Part shown: positions 1-10,625 of the stretch, one piece after another
How the letters are laid out: each line of letters opens with the position of its first letter
How positions within the stretch are numbered: the first letter of the stretch is position 1
IMG/VR virus record: IMGVR_UViG_3300045051_000720
Span: 124,001 to 188,000 of that record
Strand: one strand, 5' to 3'
DNA length: 64,000 nucleotides
Notes under the pieces: model-generated
Databases searched by the model: none
Told to the model about the DNA's origin: nothing
The model's input: the letters and a program-made list of their open reading frames with translations, nothing else
Made by a program: the position numbers and the translations under genes

Positions 1-47
1 GCTGGAGCGGGACGCATTCAAGCTGTTGTTAGCCTAACCCCTACCTT

Positions 48-1448
48 ATGAGTAAGTCCCAGCCCAACCGTTACGATCAAGACACTGTCGCGCAGTTGCG
101 CACTCACCTCAAGGACTGCGAGAGCATCAGCGATGCGCTGACCGCTCTCCAAGAGCGCCTTCAGATCACGCGCGACCACGCGCAGCGCCTCAATCGCCAG
201 TACGCTTTCTGGGGCCGTGCCGAGGGGACCAAGGGTTACGACACCCCCCCACAAACCCCCAACGAAGAGCCCGAGAACGAGGCCGATCTACCCGGCGCGC
301 CGGGGACCCACGTGTCCTTCAAGGGTGACACGGGTGTCATCGATCTCGTGTCCGAGATGCCCAAGACGCTGGATGAGCTGCTCGCTGCCTGTCAAGTCGA
401 TCCTGAGATCTGGGAGGTCGAGCGGTACGTGTGCAATCAGTGGCAGATGGGCCGCAAAGACAAGCGGGTCAACCTCACGTGGAGAGAGGGCGTCGCTACG
501 GGTTTTGTCGACGACTCGGGCAAGATTGCCCGCGCGCCGCTGTGGCAGGTGAAGGCGTGGTTGCGGCGCAAGGTCGAGAAGACCACCCTCAACCTGATGC
601 TGGAGCAGTTCGCCCTAAAGGCGGCCAAACACGCGCCGCGCAAGTGGGTGTTCGAGCGACCCAAGCGCGCGAAAGGCGACTGTTGTTATGTGCTCAACGG
701 GCAGGACCTGCACCTCGCGAAGCTGGCGTGGTCACCAGAGACGGGCGGGGCGGACTGGGACATCAACATCGCGCGCAAGGTGGACGACGCTGCCGTCGAG
801 GATCTGATGGGTAAGGTGCCTATCGAGCGCATCGACGAGGTGATTGTGATCGTCGGCTCGGACCTCCTTCAGGTGGACAACGACAAGAGCACCACCACGG
901 CGGGGACGTATGTCGATTCCGACTCGCGCCTCGCCAAGGTCTACAATGTGGCCTGCGACATGCTCACGGCGCGCATCGAGCGGCTCGCCTCGCGTTTCAA
1001 GGTCAAGGCTATAGTCATCCCCGGCAACCACGATTCGACTGTGTCCTTCTTCCTCGGTCGCTATCTCGCGGCGTGGTTCCGTACCCACCCCAATGTTGAG
1101 GTGGACTCGCGTCCCCTCAGCCGCAAGTACCACGGGTTCGGCAAGACCCTTTTGACGTTTGACCACGGCGACGAGACCAAGATCAAGGACCTCCCGCTCA
1201 TCATCATGCGCGAGAATCAGGCGACTATCAGTCAGTACCGCTTCATGGAGGCCTTGACGGGCCACCTCCACCACGAGGAGAGCAACGACATCAAGGGTAT
1301 CGTGTTGCGCGTCGCGCCCGCGTTGTGCGCGGCTGACAAGTGGCACGCGCGCAAGGGTCTGGTTGGCTCGATTCGGCGTTCGCAAGGGTTGCTCTATCAG
1401 CGCGAGAACGGGCTGGAGGCCATCTACTATTCAACTCCCCTCGACTAA
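48..1448 (+). CDS. Calcineurin-like metallophosphoesterase with long N-terminal extension
   Basis: Motifs DLH, GSDLLQVD, PGNHD, DHGD, GHLHH in the order expected for this family. Confidence 0.8.
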   Translation: MSKSQPNRYDQDTVAQLRTHLKDCESISDALTALQERLQITRDHAQRLNRQYAFWGRAEGTKGYDTPPQTPNEEPENEADLPGAPGTHVSFKGDTGVIDLVSEMPKTLDELLAACQVDPEIWEVERYVCNQWQMGRKDKRVNLTWREGVATGFVDDSGKIARAPLWQVKAWLRRKVEKTTLNLMLEQFALKAAKHAPRKWVFERPKRAKGDCCYVLNGQDLHLAKLAWSPETGGADWDINIARKVDDAAVEDLMGKVPIERIDEVIVIVGSDLLQVDNDKSTTTAGTYVDSDSRLAKVYNVACDMLTARIERLASRFKVKAIVIPGNHDSTVSFFLGRYLAAWFRTHPNVEVDSRPLSRKYHGFGKTLLTFDHGDETKIKDLPLIIMRENQATISQYRFMEALTGHLHHEESNDIKGIVLRVAPALCAADKWHARKGLVGSIRRSQGLLYQRENGLEAIYYSTPLD

Positions 1449-2044
1449 TGACCGGCGACCTCCACATGATAGAGCAACTGGCCGCGCAGCGCCGCGCGCG
1501 AGGCGAGCCTGAGACCTTTTACCAACCCGTGACCAAAGACCTATCCGTTCACTTCTCCTCCGCCTCCAACGAATGGCAGACGCCGAGTTGGCTGTTTGAC
1601 CGCCTCAACGCCGAGTTCGCGTTCGATCTTGACGCTGCCGCCAGCGACGCCAACCATCTCTGTGCGCGATACTATACCGCCGAGCAGGACGCCCTCAAGC
1701 AGGACTGGGGGAAGGATGGTACGGTGGCTTTCATAAATCCCCCCTACGGGCGCCTTGGCCCGCGCTTCCTATCATATGGACACGAGCAGACCATCGCTCA
1801 TCCTCATTTAACCGCGGTCTTCCTTGTACCCGCCCGGCCCGACACCAAGGTATGGCACGAGCACTGCGCGCGCGGCGAGGTGCGCTTCATGCGGGGGCGT
1901 ATAGGCTTCATCAATCCCGCCCTGCCGTCGTTTCGCGCGGATGGTGATTTCAAGGTCTCACCCGCGCCTTTCCCCAGCGCCATCGTGGTCTTCGGCGCGA
2001 AGGCCAAGGCCGGGGTGACGAGTTACGTGGACTACCGAGTCTAG
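1448..2044 (+). CDS. Phage DNA N6-adenine methyltransferase (Dam-like)
   Basis: EWQTPSWLFDRLNAEFAFDLDAAAS, NPPY catalytic motif, VPARPDTKVWH; start placed at the TAATG overlap with the upstream stop. Confidence 0.9.
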   Translation: MTGDLHMIEQLAAQRRARGEPETFYQPVTKDLSVHFSSASNEWQTPSWLFDRLNAEFAFDLDAAASDANHLCARYYTAEQDALKQDWGKDGTVAFINPPYGRLGPRFLSYGHEQTIAHPHLTAVFLVPARPDTKVWHEHCARGEVRFMRGRIGFINPALPSFRADGDFKVSPAPFPSAIVVFGAKAKAGVTSYVDYRV

Positions 2045-2046
2045 CG

Positions 2047-2075
2047 TTGACGGTCGGGTCTAACCCGGCTATCCT
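2047..2075 (+). promoter_or_regulatory. Sigma70-type promoter of the helicase gene
   Basis: TTGACG-17-TATCCT, 8 nt before ATG 2084. Confidence 0.7.
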
Positions 2076-2083
2076 GAGCATAC

Positions 2084-3583
2084 ATGGCTTCGCTATACGC
2101 ACCGGAGGTGGAGGGCAACGCGTTGGCCCTCCTGCTCCAAGACCCATCAGTCTGGGGCGATTTCTATCTCATCAACCGGGATGATTGGTCCAAAGCCCAT
2201 CAGCCCCTGTGGGATGTGATTGCCCAGCAGCTCAATCAGACCCCGCCCGGGTCTGTGACCCCGATGATGTTGGCGGAGCGGCTTCGCGGGTTTGGCGTGG
2301 TGCTTGAGGGGGGATTTGACCCGTACGAATACCTCCAAGGCCTGACGACGCGCTACGTGGAGAAAAAAGAAGCCCCGCACCTCGCGCGCGAGTTGAAGCG
2401 CCTGACCGTGCGGCGCGAGTTGGTGGGCAAGATGGACGCGGCGAGAAAGGAGCTGGTGGCAACCCCGAATGCTACATTTGAATCGATGGCTGCTCTTGTA
2501 GAGAAGGCCTTGACATCAGTCACGACAGAGTATTACCGCCCCGAGGTAACCGAGGTGCTTGGTGAACATATCATAGAAGTGGTAGAGAAGCGGGCGGAGA
2601 AACCTCTTACCGCTGAGGAGTCAGGCTATCTTGGGCCGTTCAAATCAATCAACGAGACTATTGGCCCCCTCAGCTATCGAGGAAGCTATACGGTAGTAGG
2701 TAGCAGGTCTGGCGGCGGAAAGTCCTCATTGGCATGGTTTTACCAAACCTACCTCGCAGAGAAATTTGACCTGCCTATCCTTCATTGTGATGCCGCCGAA
2801 ATGACGGTGGAAGAGCTACAATGGCGTGCGGTGTGTGCGATGTCGGAAGGGGAGATCCCTTACTGGGCGGTGTTCCGGGGTCAGTGGAAAAACAACCCTC
2901 GTTGGGCATCACTCGTGCGCGACAAGATCTGGCCGCGCGTGCGTAAGTTGCGGGTTTACTACAAGAACATGGGGGTCATGTCGCCGCAGGAGCGCATTGC
3001 GTTTATCCGGCGGTTCTATTATCAAAAGGTTGGGAGGGGATCGCACCTCTTGATTAATGACGATTACCTCAAGGCCGTGCAATCGTTCAACCGTGAAGCT
3101 AAAGAACATCAAATGTTGGGCAACTACGTCAACGATCAGAAGAGTCTCATCACGGAGGAAATCGAGGCGTCTATCTGGACGGGTCTTCAGCTCAACCAGT
3201 CCGGTATCGTGACAGGGAAAAAAGAGGCGGACCTGAACGATTCTGAGGGGGCGTTCTCTCTATCCGACCGCATTCTCCAGCAGTCCACCCATTCCCTACT
3301 GCTGCGCTACAAGGTAACCGAACAGCTCGCGCGCGAGAAAAACCTGTTCGGCAACGTCTGCGCTATCCCTCTCAAGAAACGACAGCTCCTTGGCGAGAGA
3401 TACCAAGAGATGTTGTTGCCTATCAAGATGCCGAACGGGAAGTTTGTGCAGAACGCCGTGAACCTCGAAACGAAGGGGTTTTGGTATCGGGACTGCGGGA
3501 CGACGGCGGAGATGCTGAAGGTGTTGGGGCAGGGGGTTGTAGACATGGCTACGTCGGAGCAACCACAGACTCAACCTCTTTAA
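2084..3583 (+). CDS. dnaB: DnaB-like replicative helicase
   Basis: DnaB-like N-terminal domain, Walker A GSRSGGGKSS, Walker B LINDDYLK, QLNQ motif; next to primase. Confidence 0.85.
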   Translation: MASLYAPEVEGNALALLLQDPSVWGDFYLINRDDWSKAHQPLWDVIAQQLNQTPPGSVTPMMLAERLRGFGVVLEGGFDPYEYLQGLTTRYVEKKEAPHLARELKRLTVRRELVGKMDAARKELVATPNATFESMAALVEKALTSVTTEYYRPEVTEVLGEHIIEVVEKRAEKPLTAEESGYLGPFKSINETIGPLSYRGSYTVVGSRSGGGKSSLAWFYQTYLAEKFDLPILHCDAAEMTVEELQWRAVCAMSEGEIPYWAVFRGQWKNNPRWASLVRDKIWPRVRKLRVYYKNMGVMSPQERIAFIRRFYYQKVGRGSHLLINDDYLKAVQSFNREAKEHQMLGNYVNDQKSLITEEIEASIWTGLQLNQSGIVTGKKEADLNDSEGAFSLSDRILQQSTHSLLLRYKVTEQLAREKNLFGNVCAIPLKKRQLLGERYQEMLLPIKMPNGKFVQNAVNLETKGFWYRDCGTTAEMLKVLGQGVVDMATSEQPQTQPL

Positions 3584-4421
3584 TGCCGGCCCATCGTTCA
3601 TGAAGAATAGAGCACAGCTCAATAAATCGGTCCATCGACATATCTTGCTTCATGCTGTTGACTTCCCACGTACAAAAGACCAAGTTGCCTTTGACATAGC
3701 CACGTGTGGAATCTACTCTATCAAGACTCAGTGTCGCGCTCTCATTGGGACGGAACGTCAGCTCAGTCCCGGTGTAGTAACATTTCCCATCTTGCTTATG
3801 ATAAAGTGTGCGCAGGTAGTCAAGGTCTATATTATGCTCAAAGCCATGTTTGTCGCGGCGATCCAGCGACGATACCAAGCGTTGTTTCAATGCGCGCTCA
3901 AGGCTGTATTTACCCCATCGTCGCTCGTTCTCATAGGCGATGACTTGAGGGTACCGCTTACCATGAGGGATGTGATGGGTACGACAGCGGCTCGCGATAA
4001 CATCCGGCGTACGTCTTATTTCCGCCGCAATACCATCAATGCTTATACCTTCTTGTAGCCTTTGTATCACCAGTAGACGTTCTCGTTCGGTCCATCGTCG
4101 TTTGTGGGTGCGACGTGATATACCATGCATGGTGGCTAGATGCTTGATGCGGAAGACTGGTACCTTGAGAGATTTACCTAGATCCTTGAAGGTGCGTCCT
4201 TTGATGAGGTGTTCGGCCTCAATGATGGCTACAAGTTGGTCGTCGGGTATAGGTGGGATCGGTTTGCGAATACGCGGTAGACCGAGTTTCGCCAATCGCT
4301 TATCAACCCTATCTACCCCAAGACCCATCTTATTCGCTATCTCGCTAAGGGATAGGTGTTGGGAGTGTAACTCGCGTAGTCGGGCGTCATCGCCTTCCGT
4401 CCAATGTTTGTAGCCCTTCAT
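3549..4421 (-). CDS. HTH-repeat plus HNH-like (His-Me finger) endonuclease
   Basis: N-terminal WTEGDDARL/WTERERL HTH repeats; C-terminal CYYTG..SLDRVDSTRGYVKGNLVFC..VNSMK; ATG overlaps the stop of the upstream RHH gene; looks more AT-rich than its flanks. Confidence 0.75.
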   Translation of the reverse strand: MKGYKHWTEGDDARLRELHSQHLSLSEIANKMGLGVDRVDKRLAKLGLPRIRKPIPPIPDDQLVAIIEAEHLIKGRTFKDLGKSLKVPVFRIKHLATMHGISRRTHKRRWTERERLLVIQRLQEGISIDGIAAEIRRTPDVIASRCRTHHIPHGKRYPQVIAYENERRWGKYSLERALKQRLVSSLDRRDKHGFEHNIDLDYLRTLYHKQDGKCYYTGTELTFRPNESATLSLDRVDSTRGYVKGNLVFCTWEVNSMKQDMSMDRFIELCSILHERWAGIKEVESVVAPT

Positions 4422-4582
4422 AGTTTCTTCGTCTCCTTCCATCGCTTGTACTCAGCCCTGATGCCATGGGAGATAATGGTGACGAGTTTGAGACCGGTCG
4501 CCGAGGCCATCTCGCGCAGCATTGCGTCGATGTCGGCGGCCAGTTTGAGGTTCAGTCGCGGGGTGTTGGATGGTGTAGCCAT
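4418..4582 (-). CDS. Ribbon-helix-helix (CopG/Arc-like) DNA-binding protein, 54 aa, not in the ORF track
   Basis: Translated by hand: MATPSNTPRLNLKLAADIDAMLREMASATGLKLVTIISHGIRAEYKRWKETKKL; alternating beta strand then two helices; ATGA-coupled to the endonuclease. Confidence 0.7.
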   Translation of the reverse strand: MATPSNTPRLNLKLAADIDAMLREMASATGLKLVTIISHGIRAEYKRWKETKKL

Positions 4583-4687
4583 GCACTCCTATACACCCAC
4601 GGCGCGCCAGTTTATGACCACCCTCGGCGCGGCGCAGGTCGACATGGGAGTGGATGATCCCGCCAAGTCCAAGGCGCAGCCACTGTG

Positions 4688-5644
4688 ATGTCCTTCGACG
4701 ACCTCATTCGCGCGCGTCTAGAGAACGTCCGTACCACCTCGGACGGATGGACCGCAGCGTGTCCTGCATGTCGCGCTCAAGGCGCGGACAAACAAGGCAA
4801 CCATCTCAGGATCTGGCGTCACAGTAACGCGTTCAACTGCGCCAAGGCCGGTCCTGAGGACCGCGAGCACAACAAGGTGGTGCGCGCGATTCTATATCAG
4901 GATGCCGATCCTGACACCCTCGCCTCCCTCGATCTCCAGATCATCGATCCCGAACCCAAGCTGGAGGTCGAGAAGGTCTATCCCGACGAGTGGCTCACCC
5001 GACTGGTACCAGACCACCGCTATTGGATCAACCGGGGCATCAGCGAGGAGGTGTTGAGGAGGATGGAGGGGGGGCTTGCTCCGCCGGATGAAAAATCAAA
5101 GTTGTCAGGAAGATATGTGCTACCCATCCGCGATGAGAAGCATCGTATCGTTGGGTGGACAGGACGACTCGTCAGCGATGCGTCGTTTGGTCCCAAATGG
5201 AAACACCTATGTAAGGCGTCTAAGGTCGTCTATCCTATCCATGTGACCGGCGATGCCATCCGCGCGACGCAAAAGGTAGTGCTCGTAGAATCGCCCGGCG
5301 ACGGAATGTCTCTCGCGTCCGGGGCGGGCATGTGGAATTGGCTTATTCTCCTCGGCCTAAATCTCAATGCGCGAGTGTTGGGCCTGCTTGTTAGTGTCAA
5401 CCCCACCCACATCATCATATCGACCAATGCCGATACCGAGCGTGTCAACAAAGTCACTGGGGCTGTGACCCATCCGGGTCAAGACGCTGCGAACAAGCTG
5501 CGTGCCAAACTGATACCCTTCTTTGGCGAGGAAAGAGTGATCGTGAGGTTCCCTCCGGCGGCCATCGGGAAGGATTGGAATGAGATCTTGCTCAAAGCCC
5601 CTGACGAGTTGGCGGCGTTCAAGGCAGAGATCGATGCTTTATGA
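4688..5644 (+). CDS. DNA primase (Zn finger plus TOPRIM)
   Basis: CPAC..HLRI..C zinc finger; YVLPIRDE..IVGWTGR; TOPRIM VLVESPGDGMSL and STNAD. Confidence 0.85.
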   Translation: MSFDDLIRARLENVRTTSDGWTAACPACRAQGADKQGNHLRIWRHSNAFNCAKAGPEDREHNKVVRAILYQDADPDTLASLDLQIIDPEPKLEVEKVYPDEWLTRLVPDHRYWINRGISEEVLRRMEGGLAPPDEKSKLSGRYVLPIRDEKHRIVGWTGRLVSDASFGPKWKHLCKASKVVYPIHVTGDAIRATQKVVLVESPGDGMSLASGAGMWNWLILLGLNLNARVLGLLVSVNPTHIIISTNADTERVNKVTGAVTHPGQDAANKLRAKLIPFFGEERVIVRFPPAAIGKDWNEILLKAPDELAAFKAEIDAL

Positions 5645-6042
5645 AAACCCCCTATCAACGCTGGACCGAACGCACCCAAGATGGCCGCAAGATGGCGGCT
5701 GGTTGGGTCGGTGCCAAGCACACGCCCACCACCGAGTGCGAATGTGACGTGCGTGGCCATCCCAAACGCAGTATGCTTACGTGGGCGCATGGCCATTGGT
5801 GGTATATGCACACCGATAGCTGCGGCGGTATCCCTTACTGGCACTGCGAGGGAGATAAGCGTTACGCGTGGAAACGTGGTTGTTGGGGCTGTAACGCCAG
5901 CATCCATCGAGCTGACCTGTTGCTCAAAGCAGTCGTGTTGGACAGTGAGAGCGCGAAGGCTGAGCTGCGCGCCATGGGGTGGAAGGGCGACTATAACCCC
6001 TATGCCGGTCCCGGCGCGGACAGGAGTTGGCTGCATCCATGA
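5641..6042 (+). CDS. Hypothetical Cys/His-rich protein
   Basis: ATGA-coupled on both sides; several Cys/His pairs. Confidence 0.65.
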   Translation: MKTPYQRWTERTQDGRKMAAGWVGAKHTPTTECECDVRGHPKRSMLTWAHGHWWYMHTDSCGGIPYWHCEGDKRYAWKRGCWGCNASIHRADLLLKAVVLDSESAKAELRAMGWKGDYNPYAGPGADRSWLHP

Positions 6043-6971
6043 CCCACCCCATCCGTATTTCAGCGAGCCGCCTTAAGCAGCTCAAGGAGTGCACGATGGC
6101 GTTCTATCTCAAGGAGGTGGTCCGTTTACCTGACTCCTCCCATTGGAAGGCCCGACTTGGCACGTTGGCCCACCTCGTGTTTGAGTGCGTTCTCCACCCG
6201 CGCCGCGCCGCGCTGTTAGAACGCATCTTGCGCGCCGAGGCCTTCCAGATCGAGGACTATCCCGCGCTGGTGCGCCTCGTAGAATGGCAGTTCCGCCGGG
6301 AGGACATCACGCTGTCCAGTGTAGCCGAGGTGGGGGAGCTACTACAGGTGGCCTTCCATTGGGTCAAACCCTATTTCATCAACGCAGAGGGGGTGTTCAC
6401 GCCGCCGCCGCGCTATTATCGTGAGCACGAGTTCAAACTGGTGGTGGGAGATGCGGTGGTTAAGGGTTATATTGACCTGCTGATGGTATGGGAGGATCGG
6501 GCCTTGGTCGGGGATCTCAAAAGTCAACGCGAGAAATGGACGCGCGCTGACGTGCCTAACAACGTGCAGGCCGCCATCTATGCCCTAGCTACGTATCGCG
6601 AGTTTGGTCTCATCCCGGCGGTTGAGTTCATCATGCTGCGGCACCCGCCGTCTAAGCGGTGTCCTCGGAATCACATCCAGCGTGTTGAAGCCCCGTCTCC
6701 AATGGCCCTCGTCGGGCTCGAAGACTATATCGAGAGCATGTATCGGGTCGTCAACCAGTTCAGCTATGAGGACGCCTGCTCGCACCCCCATGATGACGAG
6801 GGTTTTTGCACCCGAGTTTGTCAGTTCCACAAGCCCTTTACCTATCATGCCGTGCTCAAGGACGGCGAGGTGGTGCGTACTTATTTGGAGACCCAGACTC
6901 CCGAGGTCAAGAAGGGTGAGACACTAGAGCAGAGGAGGCACGAAGGGTGCTTGCTCAGGTGGCGTGGTTAG
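6039..6971 (+). CDS. PD-(D/E)XK nuclease (RecB/Cas4-like exonuclease)
   Basis: ISASRLK..C, GTLAH, EHEF, VKGYIDLL..GDLKS, QAAIY, C-terminal C..C. Confidence 0.85.
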   Translation: MTHPIRISASRLKQLKECTMAFYLKEVVRLPDSSHWKARLGTLAHLVFECVLHPRRAALLERILRAEAFQIEDYPALVRLVEWQFRREDITLSSVAEVGELLQVAFHWVKPYFINAEGVFTPPPRYYREHEFKLVVGDAVVKGYIDLLMVWEDRALVGDLKSQREKWTRADVPNNVQAAIYALATYREFGLIPAVEFIMLRHPPSKRCPRNHIQRVEAPSPMALVGLEDYIESMYRVVNQFSYEDACSHPHDDEGFCTRVCQFHKPFTYHAVLKDGEVVRTYLETQTPEVKKGETLEQRRHEGCLLRWRG

Positions 6972-6974
6972 GGC

Positions 6975-7003
6975 TTGACTCCACCGGTCAACGTGGGTAG
7001 AGT
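6975..7003 (+). promoter_or_regulatory. Promoter with TTGAC-N7-GTCAA palindrome
   Basis: TTGACT-17-TAGAGT, 6 nt before ATG 7010. Confidence 0.75.
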
Positions 7004-7009
7004 GCCGTC

Positions 7010-8506
7010 ATGCGCTCTTATCCCAATGCCGCCGCAGCCCGCGCGGCCTGTATAAATCGTGGTGACGCCCAGTGGTTGCTCCCTATCGAGGGACGCCAAC
7101 CAGTCACGCTCATCGCCAACGACGAGATTTTTGTCGGGTTCGATGACAAGGTGTTCGAGCAGATCGTGAACGCCGCCGAGATGCCGGGCGCAGAGCGGGT
7201 AGTCATTGGGGCTGACGCGCACGTTGGCTTTGGCATCTGTGTGGGTACGACCGTGGTGTCGGAGACGCATGTTTATCCTCCCGTCGTGGGACCGGATGCA
7301 TGTTGTTCCCTCGCATTCCTCCAAACCGACCTGCCTGAGGATGCTATCAAGGACAAAACCGCGCGTCGTGCGCTCATCAATGCCATCACGGCGCGTATTC
7401 CCACGGGACTCGGCAATCGTCAAGCACCCAAGGCGCGCACGCTCAACCTTGAGGTACTGGTGTCAGTGGTTTGCGGAGGAGCGAGCGGGAACAATCTCCG
7501 CCTGTTAGGTATCCCCGAGGAGTGGGCGACTAAGTGCGAGCGGGCGGTCTATGGTCCTTCATTCGCGCGCCTGTCTGACCGCTTGCACGTCATCACCTGC
7601 GAACGCCCCGAGCTGTTACCTAAGTTGTTGGCTTTGGCGAGCTTAGGGGCCGGCAACCATTTTCTCAGCGGCGACATTGTGGACCTTGGCCGCATTGCCG
7701 GTACGCAAGGTCTCCCTGACGAGTTTGGTCTGCGTCAGGGTTGCTTCGGCTCGCTGTCGCATTGCGGGTCCAGAGGGTTTGGGTTTCAGTTGATGGCCTA
7801 TCATGAGCGCAAACTCAAGGCTCATTTTGAGCGGTGGGGCATTCCGTTTACAGGCGGCGATCACCACCTCATCTGCGCGCCCGTCGACACTCCTGAGGCG
7901 CGTGACTACATGCTCGACCTCGCGCTCGCGGCCAACTTCGCAGTCGTTAACCATCTCCTCATCCAAACCTATGTGTTGGAGGCCGTGCAGGAGGTTTTCC
8001 CCGGCGCGCGGGGCGACTTAGTCTATCACATCAGCCACAACGTGGGTCAACAAGAGGTCCTTGACGGACGACTCAAGTGGGTGTTCCGCAAGGGTGCGAC
8101 GCGGGCTTTCCCGGCAAACCATCCGGGGCTCAAGGGTTCTATCTATGAACGGATCGGTCATCCCATCCTACTGCCCGGCAACGCGCGCGATGGTAGTCTC
8201 ATCATGGTGGCACGACAGGGTGCCAAGACCGCCTCGTTTTCGGTCAACCACGGGGCCGGTAGATCGTTGGGGCGCAAAGAGGCTAAGCGGCGGTTGGTTC
8301 AGAAGGAGGTCGACCAAAATCTGCTTGACTCCGACGTAATGCACAATGGGCGGACTTACCCACTCGACGAGGCCCCGGGCGCCTACAAGGACTTCGATGA
8401 GGTCACGAGAAGCGTTGTGGCAGCAGGCCTTGCTACGGCTGTTGCGCGACTGACGCCGCGATTCGTTATCAAGGACTGTGATCCGTCACCGGAGGGCGCG
8501 GCATGA
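7010..8506 (+). CDS. rtcB: RtcB-family RNA ligase
   Basis: DAHVG, VGPDACC, LGAGNHF, HCGSRGFG, HNV, RKGAT, PGN, NHGAGR, EAPGAYKD. Confidence 0.93.
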   Translation: MRSYPNAAAARAACINRGDAQWLLPIEGRQPVTLIANDEIFVGFDDKVFEQIVNAAEMPGAERVVIGADAHVGFGICVGTTVVSETHVYPPVVGPDACCSLAFLQTDLPEDAIKDKTARRALINAITARIPTGLGNRQAPKARTLNLEVLVSVVCGGASGNNLRLLGIPEEWATKCERAVYGPSFARLSDRLHVITCERPELLPKLLALASLGAGNHFLSGDIVDLGRIAGTQGLPDEFGLRQGCFGSLSHCGSRGFGFQLMAYHERKLKAHFERWGIPFTGGDHHLICAPVDTPEARDYMLDLALAANFAVVNHLLIQTYVLEAVQEVFPGARGDLVYHISHNVGQQEVLDGRLKWVFRKGATRAFPANHPGLKGSIYERIGHPILLPGNARDGSLIMVARQGAKTASFSVNHGAGRSLGRKEAKRRLVQKEVDQNLLDSDVMHNGRTYPLDEAPGAYKDFDEVTRSVVAAGLATAVARLTPRFVIKDCDPSPEGAA

Positions 8507-10625
8507 ACACCCTCACTAAGGACGGACTCATTGGCTCCTCGGGCCTCGGTGTTGACGGGTCTGTTTTCTTCCACATCGCCGCCAACTACGCCGCCGGGCG
8601 CGGCAAGTGCTTTGTCGAGTGGTTTGGCCGAGGCGATTCGGCGCCCGACTGGAAGCGCATGACCCTCAAACGCGCGCACAAGGAGGGGAGACACATCATC
8701 GCCTGTGCGCATTGTGACAAGCCCGCCATCTCGTTGGACCATCTCTGGCCTTATCACAGCGAGATGAACTACTGCGCGGCGCATCGCGGGGCTTATCAAG
8801 CCTCACTCAAGGCTTGACTTGACCATCCAACCCCGCTACTCTGCCCCTAATGGACCTGACCGATCACTACACCACCCTCCTCGCTGAACTCGACAAGACC
8901 CTTTCGCTTGTCCGGTCCTTCTGGATCGAGTCGCGGGACGAGTTCGAGAAGCGGAAGAATCAGAAACGGCTGGATGAGCTACTCGATGAGCGGTTGCGCC
9001 TCATGCGTGCGCGCGACGCGGCAGAGGCCACAAAAAGACCGGTAGAGACACCCTTTGTCAAAAGCGTCAAGGTCAAGAAGGAGGCGAGATGACCCCCTTC
9101 GCCTACCATGTGACCGTTTGCTCGTGGGGCGAGATCGATTGGGAGAAGATCACACCCACCCTGCGCGCCGCCGTCCAGCGCATCATCACTGATTGCGAAC
9201 CCGACTGGGTCAGTCGCGAGAAGATTGATTTGCGCGCTTGCTTTGCTGATGAGACCGAGGTTAAGCTGGACATGTCGCTTCTCCGCGCCAAGGTCGATCT
9301 GGACATGGATGCTATCCGCGCCGAGGCTGAGGCCGCCATTGCCGAGAATGCGCGCGAGCAGGCTAAATGGCTCAAAACCATCAAGGGCACGGTCACCGGC
9401 TCGCCGTGGCTGTGCGATATGGGGTTGGACGATGTGGTCGCGGGTATGGTAGAGCAGCGCGAGTGGCGGTGGAAGACGATGGAGGAGATGGACTGGGACG
9501 CGTTGGAGGCATCGCGAGTATGATCACCCCCAAAACCGACGCCGATCTCCTCGCGTGCTATCGCGAGATGGTACTCAATCTGATGGGTCGGTTAGACCCC
9601 TATGGTCTGCCTCTCACGCCCGATGAGCAGGCCACTTTTATCCGCAGCGCCCTTTGGCAGGCCAAAACGATTCATGACAGCGAACCCTTCCTGCGCGGGC
9701 GGGTGGTGGAGACGCTGGACAAGGCAGTCGCTTTGAATCGACCCAAGACCAAGTCTTCATGAGCGAACCCCTCTCCTCCACCGATCCCCTCGTCATCGCG
9801 ACCCATGCCAAGTGGCTCGCTGCCGCCGAGAAAGGTCCGATTCCGGTCATCACCTGTGACGCAGATCTGATGGGCTATCTCGGTTTCACCGCGCGCGAGC
9901 AAGACTTGATTGCCACAGCCGCCAAGGAGCGCGGCTTATCCGTGCCCGAGTGGATGGCCCAAATCGTGGGCCGTCTCGCTAATCTGGGAGCCCCTTTTGA
10001 CTGTGGGCACCGCGGATTCCTATCCATCTACCCTCGCCCAGACGGCGGCACCCAATGCACCGCCTGCTCCAATGCTGCGCGTAATCTCGTTTCATGACCT
10101 TCAACATCAACAACCATGTTCGTGTCCGTCTCACGGACCTCGGACGCCAGATTCACCGCGCCGACTACGACGACCTCGTCAAACTCTGTGGTCATGTGCC
10201 CTATCCCTACACACCCGTTGCCGAGGACAAGGACGGATGGTCTGAGTGGCAGGCGTGGTGTCTTATGAGCCTGTTTGGCAAGCACTTGGGCAACGGGCGT
10301 CCGTTGCCGTTTGAGACTGTCATCCGCATTGAGGCTGTAGAGGAGACTGCAACAGAGCCATCATGAGCGAACCTAGTCAGGGTTGGGCTCCTCGCCTCGT
10401 CGCCAAGTGGTGCGACAACCGCGCCGCGCGCACCGAAGCCAAGCTGATCAAGCGGTGCCGCAGTGCCTATCGGGCTGGACCACTGGTGGAACCCGTCAAC
10501 CGCTTTGCCGATCTACTGGAGGAGCAGGTCAAGCGGAACACCGCCGAGTGGCGCAGGTTAGCCACACTGATGCGCGCGCAAGCGGACGAAGCCGCGACCG
10601 CGGGAGTGGCACCGAGCGTTCTAAC

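Noticed and set aside
6039-6971. Cas4 as part of a CRISPR system
   Set aside because: It lies in the replication operon with no cas context; solo PD-(D/E)XK nucleases are common in phages.
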